Assembly: GCA_009392915.1 (NCBI GenBank)
Contig: CP045477.1
Span: 160,001 to 224,000 of the forward strand
Direction: 5' to 3'
Source: Candidatus Forterrea multitransposorum CG_2015-17_Forterrea_25_41
Lineage (GTDB): Archaea; Iainarchaeota; Iainarchaeia; Iainarchaeales; CSSED10-239
Length of the DNA stretch: 64,000 nucleotides
The notes beneath the pieces are model-generated. The model saw nothing but the letters and a program-made list of their open reading frames with translations. It searched no databases and had not been told where the DNA came from. Below are positions 10,116 through 18,901 of this stretch, piece after piece. How positions within the stretch are numbered: the stretch's first letter is position 1; every line of letters starts with the position of its first letter. Made by a program: the position numbers and the translations under genes.

Positions 10116-11897
10116 ATGAAATTTAAAATTATTTTACTTATATTTTTATTATTAATTACTCCTTTAGGATATCTTGAAGAAACAGATAGTCAATCTTTAG
10201 ATTTTGATGTAATAAAAACAAAATTTATGGATGTTAATGTTTCAATTGAAATTCCAATATATCTTGATCAATATTCTCAAGAATCTTCTTTTGTCTTAAC
10301 TACTCCTGTTTTTGTAACAACTAATTCTCAATCAGTAGACTTAGAGGCTTATTATTTAGAAAATGGACAAAAAGTTTATGCAGATTACAGTGAAGATGAA
10401 TATGGTAATAAATTTGCAATTTTTGATATTAAAAAAATAACTAAAGCTCAATATTCTTTTTTTGTAGATGCAAGAATAGTTTCTGAAAATAAAATTATTT
10501 TTGCAGAAGATGTTTTTTCTCTTGAAAATGAAATTACTGATTTTAAGGAATATAAAGCTTCAACAAGATATATTAATTCAGATAGTAGTGAAATTATTTC
10601 AATGGCAAATTATTTAAAAAAATCAGATAATGCTTTAAAAGAACTTACAAATATTATTGATTGGACTTATAATTTTGTCGAATATGATTTAAGTTATTCA
10701 GATAAAACTGTTGAAGCAGTAAATGTTTTATCAGAAAGAAAAGGAGTTTGTTCAGAGTTTGCAATTCTTGCAGCTGCTATCTTAAGAGAAAGAGGTTTTC
10801 CTACAAGATATGTGACAGGTTATGCAAATAGTACTCTTGATTGGCAAGCCCATGCATGGCTTGAAGTATACATCCCTGGACAAGGTTGGGTTCTTGCAGA
10901 TCCTACTTTTGGAGAAGTTGGTCTTGTTGATGCAAGTCATCTTTTAATTTCAAGATCTTTTGATCCTTCAGAAATTAAAGATAGAATAACTTCTTTTGGA
11001 AATGTATCTTTAAGATTTGGAGAAAAAAAAGCAAGCTTTAAGATTAATGATCATAAAAGTTTTTCAGATCTTGGATATTCAAATGCAATTTCTGTAAATT
11101 TTGATTTTCCTGAAAAAATAAAAGAAAATTCTGCTTTTTTTATAAAAGCAAATATTACAAATACAACCTCAAGAGCAATGTCTGTTTTTTTTATGTTAAA
11201 TACACATCAGGATTTTGAATTAATCTATCCTGAAAATACAGATAAAATAATATATCTTGAACCATTTAAAGAAGAAGTTTTAACTTTTTATTTAAAATCA
11301 AATGTTGATGTTCCAAATAATTATTATAAAACTTATAGTTTTAATCTTAAGTCACAAGTAACAGACTATAGTGGTTCTTTAAATATTTATAATGATGAAG
11401 GTTATTTTCAAGAAGCTTTTTTTGTAACAGCGCCTTTATTGTATGTTGATAAAGATGTTTTAAAATATAGTTTAGAAATTATTAATTTTACTGATGAAAA
11501 AAAAGTTTTAAATTTTGATTTTAATAACAATAATGTTTTAAGTTCTGAAATTATAGAGGTTCCAATTAATTCTACGTATGTTTTTGAAAAAGAATTTGGT
11601 GTTTTAAAAGATACTTCTTTTAGTTATTTAATTTCACAAGATTATGATCTTTCAAATAATTTTTTTATTTTTGATGATTCTATTGAAGAAAAAGAAGTTG
11701 TTGTAATTGATGGTAATGTTCAAGATCAAGTTAAGCCTTCTGAAAAAGATAATAATTTAGTTGTTTGGGAAGATGAAAAATTTCCTAAAGAAGAAACTTC
11801 TTCAAATAACTTAATTGGTATAATTATTGTGATTGTTTTTATTATTTTTACAATAGTTATTTTTGTTTCAAATAAGAAAAATAAAGAAGGTTTATAG
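10116..11897 (+). CDS. Membrane-anchored extracellular transglutaminase-like cysteine protease superfamily protein
   Basis: N-terminal signal MKFKIILLIFLLLITPLG. Cys-His-Asp core: KGVCSEFAILAAAILRERGFPTRYVTGY, then QAHAWLEVYIPGQGWVLADPT. C-terminal TM helix IIIVIVFIIFTIVIFV. Confidence 0.7.
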   Translation: MKFKIILLIFLLLITPLGYLEETDSQSLDFDVIKTKFMDVNVSIEIPIYLDQYSQESSFVLTTPVFVTTNSQSVDLEAYYLENGQKVYADYSEDEYGNKFAIFDIKKITKAQYSFFVDARIVSENKIIFAEDVFSLENEITDFKEYKASTRYINSDSSEIISMANYLKKSDNALKELTNIIDWTYNFVEYDLSYSDKTVEAVNVLSERKGVCSEFAILAAAILRERGFPTRYVTGYANSTLDWQAHAWLEVYIPGQGWVLADPTFGEVGLVDASHLLISRSFDPSEIKDRITSFGNVSLRFGEKKASFKINDHKSFSDLGYSNAISVNFDFPEKIKENSAFFIKANITNTTSRAMSVFFMLNTHQDFELIYPENTDKIIYLEPFKEEVLTFYLKSNVDVPNNYYKTYSFNLKSQVTDYSGSLNIYNDEGYFQEAFFVTAPLLYVDKDVLKYSLEIINFTDEKKVLNFDFNNNNVLSSEIIEVPINSTYVFEKEFGVLKDTSFSYLISQDYDLSNNFFIFDDSIEEKEVVVIDGNVQDQVKPSEKDNNLVVWEDEKFPKEETSSNNLIGIIIVIVFIIFTIVIFVSNKKNKEGL

Positions 11898-11965
11898 ATT
11901 ATTATATTTATAAAAATAGATATCAAATCTATTTATAAATATTTATCTTCTTAATTATAGTATAG

Positions 11966-12037
11966 GCACTCGTAGTATAGTGGTTAGTATGGGAGCTTGC
12001 CAAGCTTTCGGCCCGGGTTCGACCCCCGGCGAGTGCA
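11966..12037 (+). tRNA. tRNA-Gly (anticodon GCC)
   Basis: Acceptor GCACTCG/CGAGTGC, anticodon arm GGAGC-TTGCCAA-GCTTT, T-arm CCGGG-TTCGACC-CCCGG, discriminator A. Confidence 0.85.
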
Positions 12038-12038
12038 T

Positions 12039-12070
12039 CAACTGGTTATGCTCAGTTGACACGCAAAAAT
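12039..12070 (+). ncRNA. Conserved hairpin (CAACTG-gttatgct-CAGTTG) followed by ACACGCAAAAAT immediately 3' of tRNA-Gly. Member 1 of a three-copy motif family.
   Basis: A perfect 6-bp inverted repeat with an 8-nt loop, then the ACGCGCAA-like tail. The same architecture recurs at 44314-44342 and 44351-44379 with compensatory stem changes. Confidence 0.4.
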
Positions 12071-12132
12071 ATCCAAGCTTGCAGGCGTTGTTGTCATGCA
12101 AAACTTGCTAAGCTTTAAGGCGTTTTTTATAT

Positions 12133-12438
12133 ATGGTTAAAGATAAAAAAAAAGTTATTGAAAAAATAAATTTTTTAATCGATTTTGCAATTTCTCAAAA
12201 ACAAGAAAGTAATCCTTATATTTATGATTATATTAATATTTCTTTTAATTTAGCAAAAAAAATAAACTACAGGATGCCAAAAGAGATACATAGAAAAGTT
12301 TGCAAAAATTGTTTTTCTATAAGATCTTTAGAAAACACAAAGATTAGAACTTTAAGAGATAAGAAAAATGGTGTTATTGTAAAATCTATAAAGCTTCACT
12401 GTCTTTCCTGCAACCATATTAAAAAAATAAGAGTTTAA
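12133..12438 (+). CDS. rnp4: RNase P protein component Rpp21/Rpr2 (Rnp4), a zinc-ribbon protein
   Basis: Basic N-terminal helices (VKDKKKVIEKINFLIDFAI...AKKINYRMPKEIHRKVCKNC) and a C-terminal C-x2-C...C-x2-C ribbon (CKNC...CLSC). About 100 aa. Confidence 0.65.
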   Translation: MVKDKKKVIEKINFLIDFAISQKQESNPYIYDYINISFNLAKKINYRMPKEIHRKVCKNCFSIRSLENTKIRTLRDKKNGVIVKSIKLHCLSCNHIKKIRV

Positions 12439-12491
12439 TCTTCTTTATATGTTTAACACTCTTATATTTATTTTAAAATCTATTTTTTTAC

Positions 12492-12591
12492 AAAATCCTT
12501 ATATTTATAAATATTATGCCTAACATATAAGTATAATATATTTTAATAAATGATAGCTGATGTTTATAGATAGAATAAAAATTCAAAGAAA
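12492..12591 (+). promoter_or_regulatory. 100-nt promoter/leader block, copy A, identical to 15412-15511. It contains a TATA-like element (tttataaata) upstream of pilin-like gene A.
   Basis: Exact 100/100 identity with 15412-15511. The AT-rich TATA-like box lies about 30-40 nt upstream of the ORF. Confidence 0.6.
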
Positions 12592-14044
12592 GGTACAACC
12601 TTTTTTTGAAAAAAATGTTAACGAAAAAAGAAAAGCTATTAGTCCACTTATAGCAACCATTCTTTTAGTGGTTGTTGCCATAGCTATAATCGGTATTGTT
12701 CTTTCCTGGGGTAAAGGTTTTACAAACACAACTCTTTCTTCTGCAGATAATATTAATACCAAAAATTCTTTCACAGGTCTTGTTTGGTCTTTTGAAACTT
12801 TTGGAAATAATGTCTTGGTTGAAAATAAATCAAAACAAGATTTAAACATTACTGGTTATACTATTAACTCTCTTGATCATAATGGTTTTTGGATAAACTC
12901 ATATCATCCTTTAGAAACTACTTTATCAATTTCTCCTGGAACTTCAAACAATGTTCCTTTGATCTGTATGCCTGAGGGAAAATTTATTTTAACTCTAAAG
13001 ACATCCTCAAATGAAAATATACCTCTTAACATCTCTCCTTCGAAAACACTTTTAGGAGGAACTTGTGAAGAATATAATGTTTCTCTTTGGGAATTTGCAG
13101 CAGAAACTGGAAGTTATGAGATTAATGAGATTGCTTTAGAGCAGGGTAATAATTATAGTAATTATAATTTTTTATTTAGTTGGACTGAAGTAAGTGCTAC
13201 TATAAATGATTCTAATACATTTAGTTCAACAAGTGTTGGTGGAATCACTAAGCAAACTACATGGATGGAGGTAGGTAAGAGATATAAATTAAAAATTTCA
13301 GGGACAACAACCGCTTCAGGAATAGTTATATTTTCTGGAAACAACGGAACATATATAGGTTCTTTAACTACTGGCAATTTTAGTCAAACATTTAAAAAAA
13401 CAATACTTGCTGTAAATCCTGGTTTAGACTTATATATAAGGAATTCATCAGCAGGAGTTACAACAATTACTGAATTGTCAGTAATAGAAATTCCTCCCCT
13501 TCCTGATTTTAACACAGGCACAAAATATTTACAAAATACTACTTCAGGAACAACTGCTATTGAAAGTAAACAAGCTTATGGTGAATGGGAGTTTGATGTT
13601 TATAAAGGTAGTACATTAACCAATTCATTTGTAAAAATAATCTCAGATGCCATAATAGGCAGCGTAGGTGGAAATTCTTATACTATTCAATTTAATGTAG
13701 ATGAAGCATTAAAGTTATGGAGAGGTGGCACTGCCATTATGAGTACAGCAAATTCCTACATCTCCAAAAACACTTGGTACAGAATAAAAGTAGCAAGACT
13801 TCAAAGTTCTGGAACATTTGCAATTATAGTTCCTTCGATGACCACAACCTATCCAAAAGACACATTTGCAGTTTTCATAAAAGGTGGGGAGTTTGGAGAT
13901 GATTGGACTTTAGTAGATACAACAGGTGGAAGTGGAACAAACCCTGTCACAGACTCTACATACACTACAAGCAATTATTTTGTTGCAGACCTTGATGTTG
14001 GAGATAGAATAGCAAATATTAAAATGAAGGAGAGTGTTGACTAA
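12560..14044 (+). CDS. Type IV pilin-like (class III signal peptide, DUF361-like N-terminus) surface protein A with a large beta-rich extracellular domain. Mosaic paralog of 15480..17333.
   Basis: KRKA|ISPLIATILLVVVAIAIIGIVLSWGKGF matches the archaeal prepilin site [KR][GA]|, followed by a hydrophobic helix. It shares the N-terminal ~180 aa and C-terminal ~75 aa with paralog C. The annotated ATG may be upstream of the true start. Confidence 0.65.
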   Translation: MFIDRIKIQRKVQPFFEKNVNEKRKAISPLIATILLVVVAIAIIGIVLSWGKGFTNTTLSSADNINTKNSFTGLVWSFETFGNNVLVENKSKQDLNITGYTINSLDHNGFWINSYHPLETTLSISPGTSNNVPLICMPEGKFILTLKTSSNENIPLNISPSKTLLGGTCEEYNVSLWEFAAETGSYEINEIALEQGNNYSNYNFLFSWTEVSATINDSNTFSSTSVGGITKQTTWMEVGKRYKLKISGTTTASGIVIFSGNNGTYIGSLTTGNFSQTFKKTILAVNPGLDLYIRNSSAGVTTITELSVIEIPPLPDFNTGTKYLQNTTSGTTAIESKQAYGEWEFDVYKGSTLTNSFVKIISDAIIGSVGGNSYTIQFNVDEALKLWRGGTAIMSTANSYISKNTWYRIKVARLQSSGTFAIIVPSMTTTYPKDTFAVFIKGGEFGDDWTLVDTTGGSGTNPVTDSTYTTSNYFVADLDVGDRIANIKMKESVD

Positions 14045-14045
14045 A

Positions 14046-15383
14046 ATGTTTTCAAAAGTAAATAAAAAAGCTATTAGTCCACTTATAGCAACCATCCTTT
14101 TAGTGGTTGTTGCCGTAGCTATCATCGGTATTGTTCTTTCTTGGGGAAAAGGCTTTACAAACACAACTCTTTCAAAAGCTTCAAGTATTGAAGTTTATTC
14201 AGAATCAGAAATTGGTTTTTATTTAAATCTTCAAAACTCAATAAACGGAAGAACCACAGTTTCTTATAACCCTCCACAAAATACTACTTATAATAATCTA
14301 ACAATAGTTGGTTATGGCCTTTTAGGATATACAACAAACATAGTTCCTTTAGAACCTCCAATAACTATTTCAAAATCACAAACTGCAAATATTGATCATG
14401 GTATAATTTTACCTGAATTTGATTTAGTTTTATATTTAGATAACAATACTATGATAACTAAATTTAATTTAAAACAAGAAATTAAACAACCTTCTTCTTG
14501 TCCTGAAGGTTTTATTCCAGTTCCTGGAAATCATTTATATGGAACCATGAATGAAAGAGGTGGTTTTTGTGTAATGAAATATCATGCAAAAAATGACACT
14601 GGCTCAAAAATAAATTCAACTTGTATAACAGGTCTAGAAGGTTCTGATAGTAATCTAACAGTTAAATCAGTTCCAGAAATTGCTCCTTCAGTAAATATAA
14701 ATTATTGTGCTGCAAAAAAATCTTGTGAAAATTCAGGATATATTTTAATGAATAATTCTCATTGGATGACTATTGCAAGAAATATTGAACTAAATGAATT
14801 AAATTATGTTTCTGGAAATCTAGGTGAAGGCTTTATTTTTAGAGGGCATTATAATAATAATCCATCTTTAATTATTGAAGCAAATTCAGATGATTCAAAT
14901 AATTTTTATTTAATAAACAGTCCAAACTCAGATCAAAGAAGAACTTTATATTTATCTAATGGAGAAATAATTTGGGATTTTACTGGAAATGCATGGAATA
15001 TATTAGAAGATTTAGTTTTAATAAAGGATCATGCAGATGGTTTTTATACTTCTGATGATACTGAGTTTAATTCTGGTAATGATAATTTATTTCTAACGGA
15101 TTATTATAAAGGTAGTAATAATTATTATTTAAAATTTAATCAATTAGGTAATACTATTTTTAATTATAAAGATATTTATTTATTAAATTCAAAATACAAT
15201 GCTGTAAATAATGGTATTGGTATTTACCATGGAAATAGTAATAGAGGAAGTGTTTCTGAAACTATTACTTTTATGATGAGAGGTGGAGATAAACAAAATG
15301 GTCAATATTCTGGTTTAATGGAATTAACATTCCCTAATTTAAGTTCTAATGGAAATACAGTTGGATTTAGATGTGTGAAATAA
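14046..15383 (+). CDS. Type IV pilin-like signal peptide fused to an FGE-sulfatase (SUMF1/C-type-lectin-like fold) family domain
   Basis: MFSKVNKKA|ISPLIATILLVVVAVAIIGIVLSWGKGFTNTTL has the same mature N-terminus as the neighbours. Ordered FGE-sulfatase hallmarks: HWMTIARN, GEIIWDFTGNAWNILED (like GN.WEW), MMRGGDKQNG (like RGGSW) and terminal GFRCVK. The track start at 14034 is GTG. The ATG at 14046 is more likely. Confidence 0.55.
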   Translation: MFSKVNKKAISPLIATILLVVVAVAIIGIVLSWGKGFTNTTLSKASSIEVYSESEIGFYLNLQNSINGRTTVSYNPPQNTTYNNLTIVGYGLLGYTTNIVPLEPPITISKSQTANIDHGIILPEFDLVLYLDNNTMITKFNLKQEIKQPSSCPEGFIPVPGNHLYGTMNERGGFCVMKYHAKNDTGSKINSTCITGLEGSDSNLTVKSVPEIAPSVNINYCAAKKSCENSGYILMNNSHWMTIARNIELNELNYVSGNLGEGFIFRGHYNNNPSLIIEANSDDSNNFYLINSPNSDQRRTLYLSNGEIIWDFTGNAWNILEDLVLIKDHADGFYTSDDTEFNSGNDNLFLTDYYKGSNNYYLKFNQLGNTIFNYKDIYLLNSKYNAVNNGIGIYHGNSNRGSVSETITFMMRGGDKQNGQYSGLMELTFPNLSSNGNTVGFRCVK

Positions 15384-15411
15384 ATATATCTCTTTTTTTA
15401 AAAAATTATTA

Positions 15412-15511
15412 AAAATCCTTATATTTATAAATATTATGCCTAACATATAAGTATAATATATTTTAATAAATGATAGCTGATGTTTATAGATAGAATAAAA
15501 ATTCAAAGAAA
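15412..15511 (+). promoter_or_regulatory. 100-nt promoter/leader block, copy B, identical to 12492-12591
   Basis: Exact duplicate of copy A, sitting upstream of pilin-like gene C. Confidence 0.6.
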
Positions 15512-17333
15512 AGAAAAAACTTTTTTTGAAAAAAATGTTGACAAAAAAAGAAAAGCTATTAGTCCACTTATAGCAACCATCCTTCTTGTAGTTGTTGCTG
15601 TTGCCATCATCGGTATTGTTCTTTCTTGGGGAAAAGGTTTTACAAACACAACTCTTTCTTCTGCAGATAATGTTAATACCAAAAATTCTTTCACAGGTCT
15701 TATTTGGTCTTTTGAAACTTTTGGAAATAATGTTTTAGTTGAGAATAAATCAAAACAAGATTTAAATATTACTGGTTATACTATTAATTCTCTTGATCAT
15801 AATGGTTTTTGGATAAACTCTTATCATCCTTTAGAAACCACTCTTTCAATATCTCCTGGAACTTCAGATAATGTGTCTTTGATTTGTATGCCAGAGGGTA
15901 AATTTATTTTAACTTTAAAAACCTCAACAAATGAAAACATACCTCTTAACATCTCTCCTTCAAAAACAAGTAGAGGTTCTACTTGTGAGGAGTATAATGT
16001 TTCTCTTTGGGAGTTTGTAGCAGAAACTGGAAGTTATTCTATTAATACTTTTACAATGCAGGAAGGAGAACTTGTAACTAACGGTGGGTTTGAGACTGAT
16101 TTATCTGGTTGGTTAAGAACAAGTCATATTATTCAAAATAATGATGTTGCAGATGTTAATCTTATTGGCTCTGATTATATTTTAGAACAACAAAATGTTG
16201 TAGAAATGGGTAAAAGTTACTTAGTTACTTTTGAAATTAAAAACTATTATTCAGGTGCAGTTTATTTTTATAATGTTAATTTGCCAGGGGTAGGTAGTGG
16301 TTATACTGCAACTTCAAATGGGGTTTATGCACTAACATTTACATCTAGTGGAAATAACATCTTATTTCGAACTGTAACTAATTTTGTAGGATCTATTGAT
16401 AATATCTCAATAGTAGAAATCCCTCCTCTTGAAACAATAACCACAGGCACAAAATACTTAGAGAACACAACAGCAGGAACAACTGCTATTGAAAATAAAC
16501 AAGCTTATGGTACTTGGGAATTTGATGTTTATAAAGAAAATGCAAATTATCATTATACATATTTTATAAATTCTACCACAAATACAATGGATAATAGTTA
16601 TAGAATTACTTTAAAAAATTTTAATGCTTTAGATTTAAGAAAACAAGGTGATTCAACTTTAACATTATTATTAACTTCTGATAATTATATTCAAGATAAT
16701 ACTTGGTATAGAATAAAAGTTGCAAGACTTCAAAGCGAAGGTGTGTTTAACGACATACCTACTTTGCAGACTAGTGATATGGTGAATAGTGCAACACAAC
16801 CTTACCAATCATTTACAAGTAAGGGGAGATATGGATTCAGTGCTATTGCAAATGGAACTACAATTACTCATGCTAATACAGCAGATGAAATAGACCTTGT
16901 AAATACAGGAAAATACCTTGTAGAATTTGATTTAAAATTAAACAGCGGGATAGCCCCAGATGTAGCATTAGCAGCAAGTGTAACAAGTGGGTTGTATTCT
17001 AATTCAGTTCAATCTATTGTAGGGAGAAATAGTTTTATACTTACTGCAAGTAATTCAATTACAGGGATATTAAGGTTTTATAACAGTTCTACTGAGTCTG
17101 CAGACTACGAAGTTTCAAACTTAACAATCAGAAGAATCTACCCAAAAGACACATTTGCAGTATTTATTAAAGGTGGAGAGTTTGGAGATGATTGGACTTT
17201 AGTAGATACAACAGGTGGAAGTGGAACAAACCCTGTCACAGACTCTACATATACAACAAGCAATTACTTTGTAGCTGACCTTGATGCTGGAGATAGAATA
17301 GCTAATGTTAAAATAAAACCAAATATTGAATAA
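15480..17333 (+). CDS. Type IV pilin-like surface protein C with a CBM4_9-like carbohydrate-binding module. Mosaic paralog of A.
   Basis: Same signal and helix (KRKA|ISPLIATILLVVVAVAIIG). NGGFETDLSGWLRTSHI is the CBM_4_9 signature. Shared blocks with A include IEIPPLxxxTGTKYLxNTTxGTTAIExKQAYGxWEFDVYK, NTWYRIKVARLQS.G and the C-terminal YPKDTFAVFIKGGEFGDDWTLVDTTGGSGTNPVTDSTYTTSNYFVADLD.GDRIAN. Confidence 0.65.
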   Translation: MFIDRIKIQRKEKTFFEKNVDKKRKAISPLIATILLVVVAVAIIGIVLSWGKGFTNTTLSSADNVNTKNSFTGLIWSFETFGNNVLVENKSKQDLNITGYTINSLDHNGFWINSYHPLETTLSISPGTSDNVSLICMPEGKFILTLKTSTNENIPLNISPSKTSRGSTCEEYNVSLWEFVAETGSYSINTFTMQEGELVTNGGFETDLSGWLRTSHIIQNNDVADVNLIGSDYILEQQNVVEMGKSYLVTFEIKNYYSGAVYFYNVNLPGVGSGYTATSNGVYALTFTSSGNNILFRTVTNFVGSIDNISIVEIPPLETITTGTKYLENTTAGTTAIENKQAYGTWEFDVYKENANYHYTYFINSTTNTMDNSYRITLKNFNALDLRKQGDSTLTLLLTSDNYIQDNTWYRIKVARLQSEGVFNDIPTLQTSDMVNSATQPYQSFTSKGRYGFSAIANGTTITHANTADEIDLVNTGKYLVEFDLKLNSGIAPDVALAASVTSGLYSNSVQSIVGRNSFILTASNSITGILRFYNSSTESADYEVSNLTIRRIYPKDTFAVFIKGGEFGDDWTLVDTTGGSGTNPVTDSTYTTSNYFVADLDAGDRIANVKIKPNIE

Positions 17334-17543
17334 AAACCAAATATTTAGTAACTTTTAATTTTTTTAAACTATTTTTAACCATAAAGAAACATATTTAAAT
17401 AGAACTCTACCTATATTATATATTATTAGACTTTTTTATATTAGTTGTTTAAACAATAACTTTTTAAAAAAAAAGAATCTATAAAGATGAGAATATATTC
17501 TTATATAAAAGATATATTTGATATAAACATGAGGTGAGAACTC

Positions 17544-18047
17544 TTGACAAGTGTTAAAGATGTAAATCCACACGCCCTTATCAATATGGTCGCAAAGGAC
17601 CTTAAAGAAACAAAGGGTGTCAAGATGCCAGAGTTTGCCGCATTTGTAAAAACCGGCTCTCATAGAGAAAGAACCCCAGATAATCCAGACTGGTGGTTTG
17701 TAAGAATGGCATCTATTTTAAGAAAAGTATACATTTCTGGAAGCGTTGACGTAAATTCTTTAAGGAATTATTATGGTGGACGTAAGAATAGAGGTGTTAG
17801 ACCAGAGATTTTTAGAAAAGCTGGTGGAAAAATAATTAGAGTTTGTCTACAAGATTTAGAAAAATTAGGTTTTGTTAAAATTTCAGATAATAAGACTGGA
17901 AGAATTTTAACATCTAAAGGACAAAAATATCTTGATTTAATGGCAAGTAATTTATCTAAAGTTTCTCCTAAAGAAATCAAAAAAGAACCTCTTGAAAAGA
18001 AAATTAAACAAGAAAAGCCAAAAGTAGAGGTTGAAGAAAAACAATAA
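17544..18047 (+). CDS. rps19e: Ribosomal protein S19e
   Basis: VKDVNPHALINMVAKDLKE...PEFAAFVKTGSHRERTPDNPDWWFVRMASILRKVY...GGRKNRGVRP matches the S19e family. Confidence 0.9.
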   Translation: MTSVKDVNPHALINMVAKDLKETKGVKMPEFAAFVKTGSHRERTPDNPDWWFVRMASILRKVYISGSVDVNSLRNYYGGRKNRGVRPEIFRKAGGKIIRVCLQDLEKLGFVKISDNKTGRILTSKGQKYLDLMASNLSKVSPKEIKKEPLEKKIKQEKPKVEVEEKQ

Positions 18048-18071
18048 AATGTTTTTAGGAGTTGAATATTT

Positions 18072-18392
18072 ATGGCAAGAAATAAAGATAAAGAATTTAA
18101 AGAGTTTTTAATAGCTCAAAGGAAAAAAGTTGGTCCAGGTTATATGAATACTCCTGTTTGGATTATTCAAAAAGCAGGAAAAAGAATCTGGAATAGAAGA
18201 CAAAAAAGAAATTGGAAAGAAACCGAATTTGGTGCCCAATATAAACAATTAAAAGAAGATCAAGAAAAAGCTAAAGCAAAAACTTATTTTAAGAGTGGAA
18301 AAAGAGTAAAATCTTCTAAGTCTTCTACAAGAAAGGTAAGAAATAGGAATACTACTATTGTACCTAAAAAAATAAAAGGTAAAAAAAGGTGA
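18072..18392 (+). CDS. rpl39e: Ribosomal protein L39e with a roughly 55-aa Lys-rich C-terminal extension
   Basis: MARNKDKEFKEFLIAQRKKVGPGYMNTPVWIIQKAGKRIWNRRQKRNWKETEFG aligns to archaeal L39e (MARNKPLAKK..LAKA.KQNRRVPVWV.VKT.R.V..NPKRR.WRR.KL). The tail is unusual. Confidence 0.75.
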   Translation: MARNKDKEFKEFLIAQRKKVGPGYMNTPVWIIQKAGKRIWNRRQKRNWKETEFGAQYKQLKEDQEKAKAKTYFKSGKRVKSSKSSTRKVRNRNTTIVPKKIKGKKR

Positions 18393-18399
18393 ATAGATT

Positions 18400-18897
18400 A
18401 TGCCTGCAGAAAGTTATATAGTACCATTACAAAGAGCTTATGATAAGCCTAGAACTAGAAGATCAAATGTTGCTGTTAAAGAAGTTTTTGATTTTTTATT
18501 TAAACATACAAGAAAGAAAAAAGAAAACATTATTATTTCAAAGGAAGTTAATGAATATATCTGGAGTAGAGGTATTCAAAAACCACCTAGAAAAGTTGCA
18601 ATTTCTATTAAAGAAAAAGACAACAATGTTTATGTTTTTTTAAAAGATTCAAAAGAAATTGAAAAATTCTTAAACAAAGATAAAGAAGTTAAAGAAAAAA
18701 AATCAATTAAACAAACAGTAACTGAAATTAAGGAAAACATACAAAATCCTACAGCAACAAAAAAGACTTCTGTTAAAAAAGAAGAAAAAGCTCCTGTTAA
18801 AAAAGAAGTTGCTTCTTCTCCAAAAACAGAAGAAAAATCTTCAGTTAAAAAAGAAGAAAAAACTAAAGATGATTCTTTAGATAAAAAGGAAGAATAG
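18400..18897 (+). CDS. rpl31e: Ribosomal protein L31e with a K/E-rich C-terminal extension
   Basis: YIVPLQRAYDKPRTRRSNVAVKEVFDFLFKHTRK...ISKEVNEYIWSRGIQKPPRKVAISIKEKDNNVYVFL is the L31e core. The C-terminus is rich in KKEEK repeats. Confidence 0.8.
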   Translation: MPAESYIVPLQRAYDKPRTRRSNVAVKEVFDFLFKHTRKKKENIIISKEVNEYIWSRGIQKPPRKVAISIKEKDNNVYVFLKDSKEIEKFLNKDKEVKEKKSIKQTVTEIKENIQNPTATKKTSVKKEEKAPVKKEVASSPKTEEKSSVKKEEKTKDDSLDKKEE

Positions 18898-18901
18898 TTT
18901 T

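Noticed and set aside
15384-15400. 14-nt match (aatatatctctttt) between the start of the GC-rich repeat and the intergenic region upstream of pilin gene C
   Set aside because: The match is short and AT-rich. It lacks the GC-rich core and lies in the opposite orientation relative to the downstream gene compared with the defence-island copies. It is probably a generic promoter-like AT tract.
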